64,000 bases of DNA from Trueperaceae bacterium (lineage in GTDB: Bacteria; Deinococcota; Deinococci; Deinococcales; Trueperaceae): NCBI GenBank assembly GCA_040905465.1, contig JBBDRK010000069.1, forward strand, positions 14,532 through 78,531, in the 5' to 3' direction. Below the pieces are notes generated by a model. The model saw nothing but the letters and a program-made list of their open reading frames with translations, had not been told where the DNA came from and made no database searches. Each line of letters begins with the position of its first letter. Position 1 is the stretch's first letter. Below are positions 21,557-31,339 of this stretch, piece by piece. The position numbers and the translations under genes were made by a program.

Positions 21557-21674
21557 TCGCCGTGCCTGCCCGATTCTCCCACGATTACGACCTCCTCTGC
21601 CGTCGGCGTTGCCGCCCCAGGCTCATATGGCGACCGGCGTCGATGAGGCGGGAACGCTAATGCCGCTGAGATGG

Positions 21675-21692
21675 AATTAGCCATACCTAATT
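21675..21692. promoter_or_regulatory. DtxR/MntR-type operator palindrome AATTAG-CCATAC-CTAATT
   Basis: Minus strand reads TTAGGTATGGCTAA; overlaps the predicted +1 of the oxidase promoter. Confidence 0.65.
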
Positions 21693-21695
21693 AAG

Positions 21696-21724
21696 AGTCT
21701 AGGTAGGGCCTCTTTGCTTGTCAA
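21696..21724 (-). promoter_or_regulatory. Sigma70-type promoter TTGACA-N17-TAGACT for the oxidase/ZIP operon
   Basis: Exact -35 at 21724-21719, 17-nt spacer, -10 at 21701-21696. Confidence 0.75.
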
Positions 21725-21932
21725 GGGTTCCGGGATGCGGCGACTCGACGACTTTGCCACCACCGGCGGCTGCGCAACGGCGCTTCCGCACCGCTCACTG
21801 CCCGCTGGACCGTCCTGAATAGCGTCCGCCGCACCATTGTCGTCAAGGCGCGGATGAAAGCATGGTTGAGTTGCCGGCCGTCCCCTGCAGGGCACCCACA
21901 TAGGTCGACGGTCCTCGTGGGGCAACGGCGGT

Positions 21933-21980
21933 TCGAGGGGGACGCGGATCGAAGGGGACGGGGGTCGAAGGGGTCGTAGT
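21933..21980 (+). repeat. 3 x 16-bp G-rich imperfect tandem repeat (TCGARGGGG core)
   Basis: TCGA recurs at 21933, 21949 and 21965. Confidence 0.7.
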
Positions 21981-23430
21981 GACGAACCGGAAGTCTGGGC
22001 ACGAGCAGCAGCGAGGTCCCGCCGAGATGACGCGGGCGACGCGCCAGCCATGGTTGTGGACCAACTTCCTCAACATCGGCCTCGGGATCTGGTTGATTAC
22101 CGCCCCGTTCACCTTCGGTTACCTCGATCCGGCGTCGGTGGGCGACGGTGTCCTGAGGATCACGGCCGAGCGCGAGCTGCCCTCGGTTGCCGTGCGCGGT
22201 GCGGCGATGGCCCGGAGCGATCTGGTCAGCGGTGTACTCATCGTGCTTCTCTCCGCGATCGCGGTGATACCCAGGGCGCGGCTGGACTTCGTGGGGCGTT
22301 GGGGGACCTGCTTCGTCGGCATCTGGCTCGGGTTCGCGCCGCTCCTGTTTTGGTCGCCGAGCCCGGCGGCGTTCGTAAGCGACACCCTCATCGGCGTGCT
22401 GGTCATCACCTTTTCGATTCTCGTGCCGATGATGCCCGGCATGGCGCATCACACGATCATGCAGACGCCGGGACCGGTGGTTCCCAGCGGCTGGACCTAC
22501 AACCCCTCGTCATGGCTGCAACGGGCGCCGATAATAACGCTGGGACTTGTCGGCTGGTTCATCTCGCGCTATCTGGCGGCCTATCAACTCGGCTACATCG
22601 ACAACGTCTGGGACCCGCTCTTCGGTGACAGCACGATGCGGATCCTCGACTCGGAAGTCTCGCGCGCCTGGCCGGTCTCGGATGCCGGATTCGGAGCCTT
22701 CGCGTACACCTTCGAGGTGCTCATGGGCTTCATGGGCGGGACAAGCCGCTGGCGAACGATGCCGTGGATGGTGACCTTCTTCGGAATCCTGGTGATACCC
22801 CTGGGGATCGTGAGCATCGGGCTGGTGATCCTTCAACCGGTGGCGGTCGGGACCTGGTGCACCCTCTGCCTGGTGACGGCACTCGCCATGCTGGTGATGA
22901 TTCCCCTCGCCGTGGACGAAGTGGTGGCGATGATCCAGTTCCTGGAGCGCATGCGACGTCGAGGAAAGTCGCTCTGGCACACATTTTGGGTCGGAGACAC
23001 GCTCGAGCACGCAGCCAACGAGGACCGGCGAACCCCGCCTTACGGCTCGGGTCTCGCGCAACTCGTACCCGCCATGCTGTGGGGAGTAAACGTCCCTCGG
23101 TCCCTGCTGGCGTCGGCGACAGTGGGAGCCTGGCTGATGGCTGCGCCCGCCGTAGCGGGAAGCGGGGGCGCCGCCGCCAACAGCGATCATCTGACAGGTG
23201 CGCTGGTCGTGACGTTCGCGGTCATAGCGATGGCGGAGGCCACCCGGGCGGTGCGGTACGTGAACGTGCCGGCCGGAGCCTGGATTGTCGCCGCACCTTG
23301 GCTCCTGGGGGGTTCGACCATGGGTGCCAGCATCAACGGCCTTCTGGTCGGAGTGGCCGTCATCCTCCTCAGTCTGCCCAAAGGCGCTGTCCGGGACCGG
23401 TACGCCGGCTGGCAGCGCTACATCGTTTAG
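21979..23430 (+). CDS. VKOR-like membrane protein with SPW-type repeats
   Basis: [26 protein letters not shown] and GAWIVAAPW repeats around a VKOR-like core with WCTLC. Start uncertain (21979 or about 22027). Confidence 0.8.
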   Translation: MTNRKSGHEQQRGPAEMTRATRQPWLWTNFLNIGLGIWLITAPFTFGYLDPASVGDGVLRITAERELPSVAVRGAAMARSDLVSGVLIVLLSAIAVIPRARLDFVGRWGTCFVGIWLGFAPLLFWSPSPAAFVSDTLIGVLVITFSILVPMMPGMAHHTIMQTPGPVVPSGWTYNPSSWLQRAPIITLGLVGWFISRYLAAYQLGYIDNVWDPLFGDSTMRILDSEVSRAWPVSDAGFGAFAYTFEVLMGFMGGTSRWRTMPWMVTFFGILVIPLGIVSIGLVILQPVAVGTWCTLCLVTALAMLVMIPLAVDEVVAMIQFLERMRRRGKSLWHTFWVGDTLEHAANEDRRTPPYGSGLAQLVPAMLWGVNVPRSLLASATVGAWLMAAPAVAGSGGAAANSDHLTGALVVTFAVIAMAEATRAVRYVNVPAGAWIVAAPWLLGGSTMGASINGLLVGVAVILLSLPKGAVRDRYAGWQRYIV

Positions 23431-23507
23431 GGCGCCGCCCTGCTGCGACCGTAGACACGAGTGCGGCTGGCCGACGGCCAACGAGCGAACCGCCGGTAAG
23501 CTCCAAA

Positions 23508-23537
23508 CTTGACACGAGTAGACTCAGATTTCATAAT
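23508..23537 (+). promoter_or_regulatory. clpB promoter TTGACA-N17-CATAAT overlapped by a HAIR-like (HspR) inverted repeat
   Basis: CTTGACA-N7-ACTCAGA versus HAIR consensus CTTGAGT-N7-ACTCAAG; ATG 6 nt after the -10. Confidence 0.7.
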
Positions 23538-23543
23538 AACGCC

Positions 23544-26129
23544 ATGAACGCTGAACGGCTCACCGAATCGGCCCTGCAGGCGGTTGCCTCCGGCCAGCAG
23601 GTCGCCCGTACCCGCCAGCACCAGGCGTTCGGGCCGCTCCACCTGGTGACCGCCCTGTTGGCGGACGAAACTGGAGCCCCGGCACGCCTGGTCCAGCGCG
23701 CCGGCGGCGACCTGGAGGCGCTCCGGGGTGAGTTCCACGGCGCACTCGACCGAATGCCTCGCGTGTCGGGTTCAGAAGGCAGTGCCGGCCAGTACATGGT
23801 GCCGGAGTTGGCGAGGGTGTTCGATGAAGCCGAGAAGCTGGCGAGCCATTGGGGCGACAGCTTCATCGCCGCCGACACGCTTGTGGTGGCCCTTCGCGGA
23901 ACCGCCGAGCGCGAGCTCTCGGCATTGCCCGCCAAGGCCGAGCTCGAGCGGGCGGCAGGGGAGATAAGGAAGGGGCGCACGGTGGACAGCAAGACTGCGG
24001 AGGGCGCGTTCGAGGCGCTCGAGCGCTACGGGATAGATCTCACCGCGAGGGCGCGTGAGGGCAAGCTCGATCCGGTCATCGGCCGCGACGAAGAGATCCG
24101 CCGCACCATCCAGATCCTTCTCCGGCGCACCAAGAACAACCCGGTTCTCATCGGCGATCCCGGGGTCGGCAAGACGGCCATCGCCGAGGGTCTCGCGCTG
24201 CGCATAATCAACAAGGACGTCCCCGAGGGCCTGCAGGGCAAGCGCGTCCTCCAGCTCGACATGGGCAGCCTGCTGGCGGGAGCGAAGTACCGGGGTGAGT
24301 TCGAGGAACGACTCAAGGGCGTGATCAAGGAAACCGTCGACTCCGGGGGCGAGATCGTGCTGTTCATCGACGAGCTCCACACCATAGTCGGCGCAGGCAA
24401 AGCCGAAGGGGCGGTGGACGCTGGGAACATGCTCAAGCCGCCCCTGGCGCGCGGCGAGCTGCGGATGATCGGCGCGACCACGCTGGGCGAATACCGTGAG
24501 ATAGAGAAGGACGCCGCCCTCGAGCGTCGCTTCCAGCCGGTGCTGGTGGACGAACCCTCGGTCGAGGAGACGGTGAGCATCCTGCGCGGGATCAAGGAGA
24601 AGTACGAGGTACACCACGGCATTCAGATCTCCGACCTGGCCATCATCGCCGCAGCGTCGCTCTCGCACCGCTACATCGCCGACCGGCGCCTGCCCGACAA
24701 GGCCATCGACCTGATCGACGAGGCCGCTTCGCGTATCCGGGTACAGCTCGAAAGCCTGCCCGAGGAGATCGACGACCTCCGGCGGCGCAAGCTGCAGCTC
24801 GAGGTGGAGCTGCAGGCGCTACGCCGCGAGGAGGATCCGGAATCCGCTCAACGCCTGCTGCGGCTCGAGGAGGAGCTAAGAGGCGTCGAGGACCGAATAT
24901 CCGAGGCGCAGACCGGCTGGGAAGCCGAAAAGGAGGTGCTGGACCGGCTCCGTGACGTGCAGGAGGAGCGCGACAGGGTCAGGACCCAGATGGACGCCGC
25001 CGAGCGCGACTACGACCTGAACCGCGCCGCCGAGCTGCGCTACGGCGAGTTGCCGCGCCTGGACCGGCAGCTCGGGGAGCTGTCCGAGAAGCTCGAAAGC
25101 GCCGAGTATGTGCGGTTGGAGGTGGGCGAGGACGAGGTCGCCGAAGTAGTGTCCCGCTCCACCGGAATTCCCGTCTCGCGGCTGATCGAGAGCGAACGGG
25201 AGAAACTGCTCGAGCTCGAGAGCGCCCTGCACCGACGGGTGGTCGGGCAGGACGAGGCGATCGGCGCGGTTGCCGACGCCATCAGGCGCTCGCGGGCCGG
25301 CCTCGCCGACCCCAACCGTCCGATCGGTTCGTTCATCTTCCTGGGGCCGACCGGCGTCGGCAAGACCGAGACCGCCAAGGCGCTCGCCGAGCAGCTCTTC
25401 GACAGCGAGGAGAACATCATCCGTCTCGACATGTCGGAATACATGGAGAAACACACTGTCGCCCGGCTGATCGGAGCGCCCCCCGGATACGTGGGGTACG
25501 AGGAGGGCGGCCAGCTCACCGAGGCGGTGCGCCGGAGGCCTTACAGCGTGTTGCTTTTCGACGAGGTGGAAAAGGCGCATCCCGACGTTTTCAACGCGTT
25601 GCTGCAACTGCTCGACGACGGACGGCTCACCGACGCCCACGGGCGCACCGTGGACTTCCGCAACACGGTGGTGATCATGACCAGCAACATCGGCTCGCCG
25701 CAGATCCTGGAGATGAGCCGTGCCGGAGCGGAGCAGGAGCAGATCAGAAACGCCGTGTTCGGCCGGCTTCAGGAGCACTTCCGGCCCGAGTTCCTCAACC
25801 GGGTAGACGACATCATCGTGTTCCACGCCCTCGAACGCGAGCAGGTGGCGCGCATCGCCGAGATCCAGCTCGACCGGCTGCGCGAGCGGCTGGCGGGGCG
25901 GCGCATCGGGCTCGAGCTCTCGGAGGTGGCGCTGGCTCACCTGGCGGCCGTGGGATACGACCCGGTCTTCGGCGCCCGGCCCCTCAAGCGGGCGATCCAG
26001 CAGCAGATAGAGACTCCGCTCTCGCGCAAGATAATCGCCGGCGAGGTCGAGGACGGCTCCACCGTTCGGGTAGAGCCGGGTTCCGGTGGTTTCGTGTTCA
26101 GTCGCGCCGAGCCGCAACCGGCGAACTAG
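23544..26129 (+). CDS. clpB: Chaperone ClpB
   Basis: MNAERLTES start, two AAA+ modules ([16 protein letters not shown]) and coiled-coil M domain; 861 aa. Confidence 0.97.
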   Translation: MNAERLTESALQAVASGQQVARTRQHQAFGPLHLVTALLADETGAPARLVQRAGGDLEALRGEFHGALDRMPRVSGSEGSAGQYMVPELARVFDEAEKLASHWGDSFIAADTLVVALRGTAERELSALPAKAELERAAGEIRKGRTVDSKTAEGAFEALERYGIDLTARAREGKLDPVIGRDEEIRRTIQILLRRTKNNPVLIGDPGVGKTAIAEGLALRIINKDVPEGLQGKRVLQLDMGSLLAGAKYRGEFEERLKGVIKETVDSGGEIVLFIDELHTIVGAGKAEGAVDAGNMLKPPLARGELRMIGATTLGEYREIEKDAALERRFQPVLVDEPSVEETVSILRGIKEKYEVHHGIQISDLAIIAAASLSHRYIADRRLPDKAIDLIDEAASRIRVQLESLPEEIDDLRRRKLQLEVELQALRREEDPESAQRLLRLEEELRGVEDRISEAQTGWEAEKEVLDRLRDVQEERDRVRTQMDAAERDYDLNRAAELRYGELPRLDRQLGELSEKLESAEYVRLEVGEDEVAEVVSRSTGIPVSRLIESEREKLLELESALHRRVVGQDEAIGAVADAIRRSRAGLADPNRPIGSFIFLGPTGVGKTETAKALAEQLFDSEENIIRLDMSEYMEKHTVARLIGAPPGYVGYEEGGQLTEAVRRRPYSVLLFDEVEKAHPDVFNALLQLLDDGRLTDAHGRTVDFRNTVVIMTSNIGSPQILEMSRAGAEQEQIRNAVFGRLQEHFRPEFLNRVDDIIVFHALEREQVARIAEIQLDRLRERLAGRRIGLELSEVALAHLAAVGYDPVFGARPLKRAIQQQIETPLSRKIIAGEVEDGSTVRVEPGSGGFVFSRAEPQPAN

Positions 26130-26151
26130 CCGGCAGCGGTAACATGCAGGA

Positions 26152-26901
26152 ATGGTCGACCTCTGCCTGATCGTTCCCCATCCCGATGACGAGGTCTTCG
26201 GAACCGGTGGGCTCATCCGCCGCATGACGCAGCACGGCAAGCGCGTCGCAACCGTCACCCTCACTCGAGGCGGCGCCGGCCGAACCCTCGACCTGTGCAG
26301 CCGCGAGGAGCTCCCGGAGCGGCGCGAAGAGGAGTTGGTCCGGTCGCTGGCAACGCTGGGCGTGCCTCGCGAAGACGCATACGTGTTCGACTACCCCGAC
26401 TTCGTCACCGCAAGCGATCGGGGCATGGATCCGCGAGCCGGGCTGCAGGGCGCCGACCGCGACGAGATCGAGGCCCGCCTCGTTCGGCTGCTCGACGAGT
26501 TGCGCCCGCGCGTGGTCGTGACGTTCCCGCCCAACGGCGGCAACGGACATCCCGACCACGTGGTCACCAACGCGCTGGTGCTGGCCGCCCTCGAGAGGAT
26601 GGCGGAGGCGCCGCAGGAGCTCTACTACTTCGCCAGCGAACGCCCGTACGAAGGTCCGGTTCCGCCGGGTTTCCTGAACAACGACGAGATCGCCCGGCTC
26701 CACCTGCCGCCCACCCACTACCTGGAGCTCGACCGGGAGATAGAAGCCAAGCTCAGAGCAATGGGGCAGCACGAAACCCAGGCGCGCAGCGTTCTGATGT
26801 TCATGCGACGCTTCGCCCGGCGCCTGCTGACTGAGAGCTTCCACCGGGCAGTGCCGGCGCCCACCAGTGAGTCGGTCGGCGACACGGTCTACTGGCTGTG
26901 A
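26152..26901 (+). CDS. PIG-L/LmbE-family deacetylase
   Basis: PHPDDE, GHPDH and HETQ motifs; ATG 6 nt after TAACAT. Confidence 0.88.
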   Translation: MVDLCLIVPHPDDEVFGTGGLIRRMTQHGKRVATVTLTRGGAGRTLDLCSREELPERREEELVRSLATLGVPREDAYVFDYPDFVTASDRGMDPRAGLQGADRDEIEARLVRLLDELRPRVVVTFPPNGGNGHPDHVVTNALVLAALERMAEAPQELYYFASERPYEGPVPPGFLNNDEIARLHLPPTHYLELDREIEAKLRAMGQHETQARSVLMFMRRFARRLLTESFHRAVPAPTSESVGDTVYWL

Positions 26902-27025
26902 GCCTCCGGCACTGAACTTCGCCCGGCGGCGGCCCGAAGATACGGAACCGCGGTGCCTCGCGGCCGTTCCCACCGGTGGTCGGACGGCCGAGCCGTCCTG
27001 CAGAGCGCGTGGTACTTTGGTGGCG

Positions 27026-28432
27026 ATGTTAGCCAGTGGTGACCTGAACGAGCTCGAGCCGGTGCGCCAGGCCCTTGCCCAGGGTAGGTACGACGCCGCT
27101 TTCGCGCTGCTCGAGAGCGCAGCCCGCAGGCCGCGCCGGCGAAGGACCAAGGCGCTCTACCGCCTGCATCTCGCCGGCCTCTATGCGCTCTACGGTGACG
27201 ACGGTCTGGAAGACGGCTCGCTGGCGCTGCGTTCCGCGGTCGAGACAGATCCAGGGGTGACCGAACTGGCTCTTTACCGCGCGCTGTTCTGGGAGTTCGG
27301 CGCGCTCGGGGGAGAGACGGCCCGGGCCGTCAAGCGCGGGGTGAAGCCGGTGCGGGAAGACGGTGACGCCGAGGCGCTCTATCACGCAGCTAACGCGCTC
27401 TACACGGCTGGGGCGCTCGAAGAGGCGTTGTCGTACCTCGCCCAGCTCGACGAAGGGGCGCTGCCCGGTTACCTGGGCTGGCGCCGTTGGTCGCTCATCG
27501 GCCTCGCCGAGGAGCAGCTCGGCCGTCTGGAGGACGCAGCGCAAGCGTTCGAACGATCGGTCGAACTCTCCTCCGGGGCCGATCAGCAACTGGAGCGGCT
27601 GGCACTCGCCGGCTGCCTGCTGGAGTTGCACCGTGGCGACGACACACTGGCGGTCTTGGCCGGGGTCGACAAGGATCTGCTCGAGTCGGACGACGACCTG
27701 ATGCACATGCGATATCTCGCAGGCAGGGCCGAGTACGTTCGAGGGAATCCGAATCGCGCCCTCGTCCTGCTGGAGGAAGCGCGCGCCGTGGGGAGCGGCG
27801 AAGGCGAAGAGCAGTATGCCTTGCTGGTCGCCGAGGGTCAGGTCATGAGCAGCCTCGGGCGCTTCCCGGAGGCCGCCGAAAGGTTCGAGCTGGCGGTCGA
27901 TTTCGCGGCCGAGGATCAGATCTCCTACGCGCTGCACGAGTGGGCGCTGGCGCTGATGGAGACGGGCGAACTCGGTTCCGCCGAGGAGCGGCTCGATGAG
28001 GTGGCGGCGGACCTGGCATACCCCTACCGGGCGGACGCCCTGGCCGATCTGGCCGAGGTGCTTCTTAAGCTCGGCAGTTTCGACAGGGCAGAGGTAGTGG
28101 CGCAGCAGGCCCTCGAACTGGGGGCGACCGCAACCGCCTGTTTCACACTGGGGTCGATCGCTTACGAATATTTCCGGCTCGATGAGGCGGTCACCTGGTT
28201 CGAACGCGCGGCCAGCGCCAGCGAGCCGGGTGACTCTGTCTGGGTGCTTTCTCAGCAATTGCTGGCGGACGTGTTCGCCCAGAAGGGGCCGGAGGTCGCC
28301 GAGCGCCTGGTGACCCACGCGCGGGCGGCTCTCGCCTATACCGATCCCGCCAACGAGTGGTACCTGCCCCTCAAGGGCTACCTGGAGACCGCGGAACGCC
28401 AGCTCGGTGGGCACCGGCGGGTGCTCAACTAG
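27026..28432 (+). CDS. Tetratricopeptide-repeat protein
   Basis: Multiple TPR-like helical repeats; ATG 7 nt after TACTTT. Confidence 0.8.
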   Translation: MLASGDLNELEPVRQALAQGRYDAAFALLESAARRPRRRRTKALYRLHLAGLYALYGDDGLEDGSLALRSAVETDPGVTELALYRALFWEFGALGGETARAVKRGVKPVREDGDAEALYHAANALYTAGALEEALSYLAQLDEGALPGYLGWRRWSLIGLAEEQLGRLEDAAQAFERSVELSSGADQQLERLALAGCLLELHRGDDTLAVLAGVDKDLLESDDDLMHMRYLAGRAEYVRGNPNRALVLLEEARAVGSGEGEEQYALLVAEGQVMSSLGRFPEAAERFELAVDFAAEDQISYALHEWALALMETGELGSAEERLDEVAADLAYPYRADALADLAEVLLKLGSFDRAEVVAQQALELGATATACFTLGSIAYEYFRLDEAVTWFERAASASEPGDSVWVLSQQLLADVFAQKGPEVAERLVTHARAALAYTDPANEWYLPLKGYLETAERQLGGHRRVLN

Positions 28433-28456
28433 CGCGTTGCGCCGCGCACCTCACCC

Positions 28457-30016
28457 ATGGAAGGCCTGCTGATTGCCGAGGAGTTGCGGCAGCTCCGACC
28501 GCTGCTGCCCAGCCGCCGTCTCAGCTGGCGGTTTCCCGACGCGCACACCTTCGTGCTGCCGCTCGCCACGGGCAGCCTGTGGTTGTTCAACCGGCCGCCT
28601 AATCCGCGGCTCGAGTTGCGCTACGACGCTCCCTCGCCGGGTCGAAGCCACTCGGGATTCCAGGACCTGCTGGCGTCGCGCGCGGTCGGGGACCTCGCCG
28701 AAGCTCGGCAACGGAAACTCGACCGGGTCCTGACTCTGGAGTTCGCCGCCGGCGGCGGCTTCGTCGAGACGCCAGGCGTGTTTCTGGTGGCCGAGCTTAC
28801 CGGACGGAACTGCAATCTGATACTTCTCGACAGCAACGAGACCGTGCTCGGCGCCGCCAGGGAGGTCAGATCCGACATCAACCGATTTCGGGAGGTAGTA
28901 GCCGGACGCCCCTACACGCCGCCACCGCCGTATGAAAAGCTCGATCCGCGCACCGCCGGCCGGGAGACGCTGCATGAAGCGCTGTCCGGGGCGCCCCTGC
29001 GTTCCTGGCGAAAGATAGTCGACGGGGTGGGGCCGGAACTGACCAGGGCGCTGGCCGCCGCTACCGAGCTGCCTGACACGCGTGCTCTGGACGGGAGGGA
29101 GCTGAAGCGGGCTCTCGATGTCCTCGAGGGCCTGGTCGAAGCACCTAGCCGGGTCGTGCGAGACGCACTCCAGCGGCCAGACGTGGCCACGTTGCGGCTG
29201 CGTGAGAGACGTCAGGCGGTTCTGGAGCGCCTGAAGAACGAACTACAGCGCGAGGTTACCTTGCTGGAGAAACGTCTGGGGGACCTGACGAAGGCACGAG
29301 AGGCTGCCGCCGAGGCCCATGAGCTGCGCGGCCACGGCGATCTCTTGCTGGCGCTGGCGAATCGGGTGCCGGAAGGTGCGGGGAGCGTCATGCTCACCGA
29401 CTTCTCGGGACGCCCGGTTCGGTTGACCCTCGATCCGAGCATAGGTGCCGCCGCCAACGCCCAGGCGTTTTATGAGCGGGCGCGCAAGCGCGAAGCGCGC
29501 GCTCGCCAGGCCGACCTGCGCGAGCCGGAATTGAGGGAGCGAACCGAGGAGCTGTCCGACCTGTTGCGGAAGTTGCATGAGCGGACCGACGCGGAACTCG
29601 CCCAGTTGACCGAGCGATTCCTTCCCGAGGCCAAGGCCCAAGGCCGAAGCACCCCTGGCGCCCGCTTTCGGGGACCGCACGGTTTCACCGTCCTGGTCGG
29701 GCGCAGCGCTCGGGAGAACGACCAGATCACGTTCAAGTTGGCGCGCAGCCGCGATCTGTGGCTGCACGTTCAGGGCTTTCACGGCGCGCATGTGGTGATT
29801 CTGGCGGAGAACCGTGAGGTGCCGTTCGACACGGTTCTCTTCGCCGCAAGCCTGGCGGCCGGTCACTCCAAGGCGGCGGATTCGGACAACGTGCCGGTGG
29901 ACTACACCCTCCGAAAGAACGTCTGGAAGGTGAAGGGACAGAACGCCGGAGCCGTTCATTTCACCCGGCACAAGACGGTTTACGTGACGCCGAGCCGGAA
30001 TCCACCCGTCGCGTAG
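28457..30016 (+). CDS. rqcH: NFACT/Rqc2-family ribosome quality-control protein
   Basis: LDRVL, ELTGRNCNLIL, coiled coil, GRSARENDQIT, WLHVQGFHGAHV and VDYT motifs. Confidence 0.88.
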   Translation: MEGLLIAEELRQLRPLLPSRRLSWRFPDAHTFVLPLATGSLWLFNRPPNPRLELRYDAPSPGRSHSGFQDLLASRAVGDLAEARQRKLDRVLTLEFAAGGGFVETPGVFLVAELTGRNCNLILLDSNETVLGAAREVRSDINRFREVVAGRPYTPPPPYEKLDPRTAGRETLHEALSGAPLRSWRKIVDGVGPELTRALAAATELPDTRALDGRELKRALDVLEGLVEAPSRVVRDALQRPDVATLRLRERRQAVLERLKNELQREVTLLEKRLGDLTKAREAAAEAHELRGHGDLLLALANRVPEGAGSVMLTDFSGRPVRLTLDPSIGAAANAQAFYERARKREARARQADLREPELRERTEELSDLLRKLHERTDAELAQLTERFLPEAKAQGRSTPGARFRGPHGFTVLVGRSARENDQITFKLARSRDLWLHVQGFHGAHVVILAENREVPFDTVLFAASLAAGHSKAADSDNVPVDYTLRKNVWKVKGQNAGAVHFTRHKTVYVTPSRNPPVA

Positions 30017-30073
30017 GCAGCGGGAGTAGCGCGGGACGGCTTTGGCACGTGACGAGCGGCGTTAGACTGCCGC

Positions 30074-31273
30074 GTGCCCAAACGCTCCCTCGTCCTCTCG
30101 GGCTCGTCGCTCGCGGCGCTGCTGGTAGCTGCCCACGCCGTCAACGACTCCTTCAGCGGAATGCTGGCCGCCCTGCTGCCTACGTTCCAGGCCCGCTTCG
30201 GGGCCAGCGAAACCGTGCTGGCAGCTCTGGTAGCCACACTGTCGTTCTCCGCATCGGTCACGCAGCCCGTTTTCGGCGCCCTGGCGGATCGTCTCGGCCG
30301 GCGGCTGGTGGGTGCGCTGGGCGTGGTGGCTTCGTCGGCTCTGCTGAGCCTGATGGGCGTGACCGATTCGCTGTGGCTGCTGTTCGGGCTGCTGCTCATC
30401 GGTGGCCTCGGCTCGGCCGCTTTCCACCCCTCGGGTACGAGCATGGCGCGTGCGGCGGCAACTACCAGCCCGGGCATCAAGAGCGGCGTGGCGGTCGGAA
30501 TATTCAGTGCCGGCGGTACTGCCGGAATGGCGTTCGGTCCACTCCTCATCGGATTTTTCGTCATCAACGACATCCTGCAATTTACTCCCTGGTTGATGGT
30601 GCCCGGGCTCGTGCTGGGGGTTCTGCTGTATGTACTGGTGCCCGTCCAGGAGCGGGCAGCGCGCGCCAACCGTCCCAAGCTATTCGATGCGGCGCTGTTT
30701 GCGGGTCCGGTGGGGGTGCTCTGCCTGGCGGGGATCTTGCGGTCCATTGCCTGGGTAACGCTCCTCAACGGCGCCCCCCTGTGGCTGGTACAGGAGCGGG
30801 GTCTCATGGCCTCCAGCCCCACTATCTTCTGGACGCTCGCCGTCTTCTCGTTCTTCGGCGGTCTGGGCGGCATAGTCGGCGGAATGCTTGAGCGGAGGCT
30901 GGGCCGCGAGGCCCTCATCGCCGGTAGCATGCTGCTGGCGCTGGTACCGCTCTATGCGCTTTTCGTCCTGCCCCCCGGCAGCGTGGCTTACTTCACCGTC
31001 GTCGCCCTCGCCGGCGCGCTCGTCAACGGGGGCCTTCCGCTGATGGTGGTCAGTGCCCAGGATCTCGCGCCCAACGCGATGGGAACCGCGTCGGGTATGC
31101 TCATGGGCCTCACATGGGGCACGGCCGGGCTGATCTACATCCTCATCGGGAGCCTTCAGGAGGCGATAGGGGTCGGCCCGGCCATGGCGCTGGCCTTTTC
31201 TACCCTCGTGCCCGGCGCCTTCCTGGCGTTGCGGGTGCTGCGTGGCAATGTCGAGGCGCTCACGGCCGACTGA
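30074..31273 (+). CDS. MFS transporter (Fsr-like)
   Basis: AHAVND, QPVFGALADRLGRR and GSAAFHP motifs; about 12 TM helices. Confidence 0.88.
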   Translation: MPKRSLVLSGSSLAALLVAAHAVNDSFSGMLAALLPTFQARFGASETVLAALVATLSFSASVTQPVFGALADRLGRRLVGALGVVASSALLSLMGVTDSLWLLFGLLLIGGLGSAAFHPSGTSMARAAATTSPGIKSGVAVGIFSAGGTAGMAFGPLLIGFFVINDILQFTPWLMVPGLVLGVLLYVLVPVQERAARANRPKLFDAALFAGPVGVLCLAGILRSIAWVTLLNGAPLWLVQERGLMASSPTIFWTLAVFSFFGGLGGIVGGMLERRLGREALIAGSMLLALVPLYALFVLPPGSVAYFTVVALAGALVNGGLPLMVVSAQDLAPNAMGTASGMLMGLTWGTAGLIYILIGSLQEAIGVGPAMALAFSTLVPGAFLALRVLRGNVEALTAD

Positions 31274-31297
31274 CCAGTCTGAACGGCCGCCGATCAG

Positions 31298-31332
31298 CGT
31301 TCAGGGTGCGTTCGGGCCCCCCACTCTAGGGT
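31298..31332 (+). promoter_or_regulatory. Candidate activator-dependent promoter GTTCAG-N5-GTTCGG-N11-TAGGGT
   Basis: 11-bp-periodic direct repeat with the same geometry as 34428-34462. Confidence 0.55.
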
Positions 31333-31339
31333 GTATGCC

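Noticed and set aside
22764-23543. 1121-aa ClpB fusion in the ORF track
   Set aside because: The extension is an off-frame read through the VKOR-like gene; a full promoter precedes ATG 23544.
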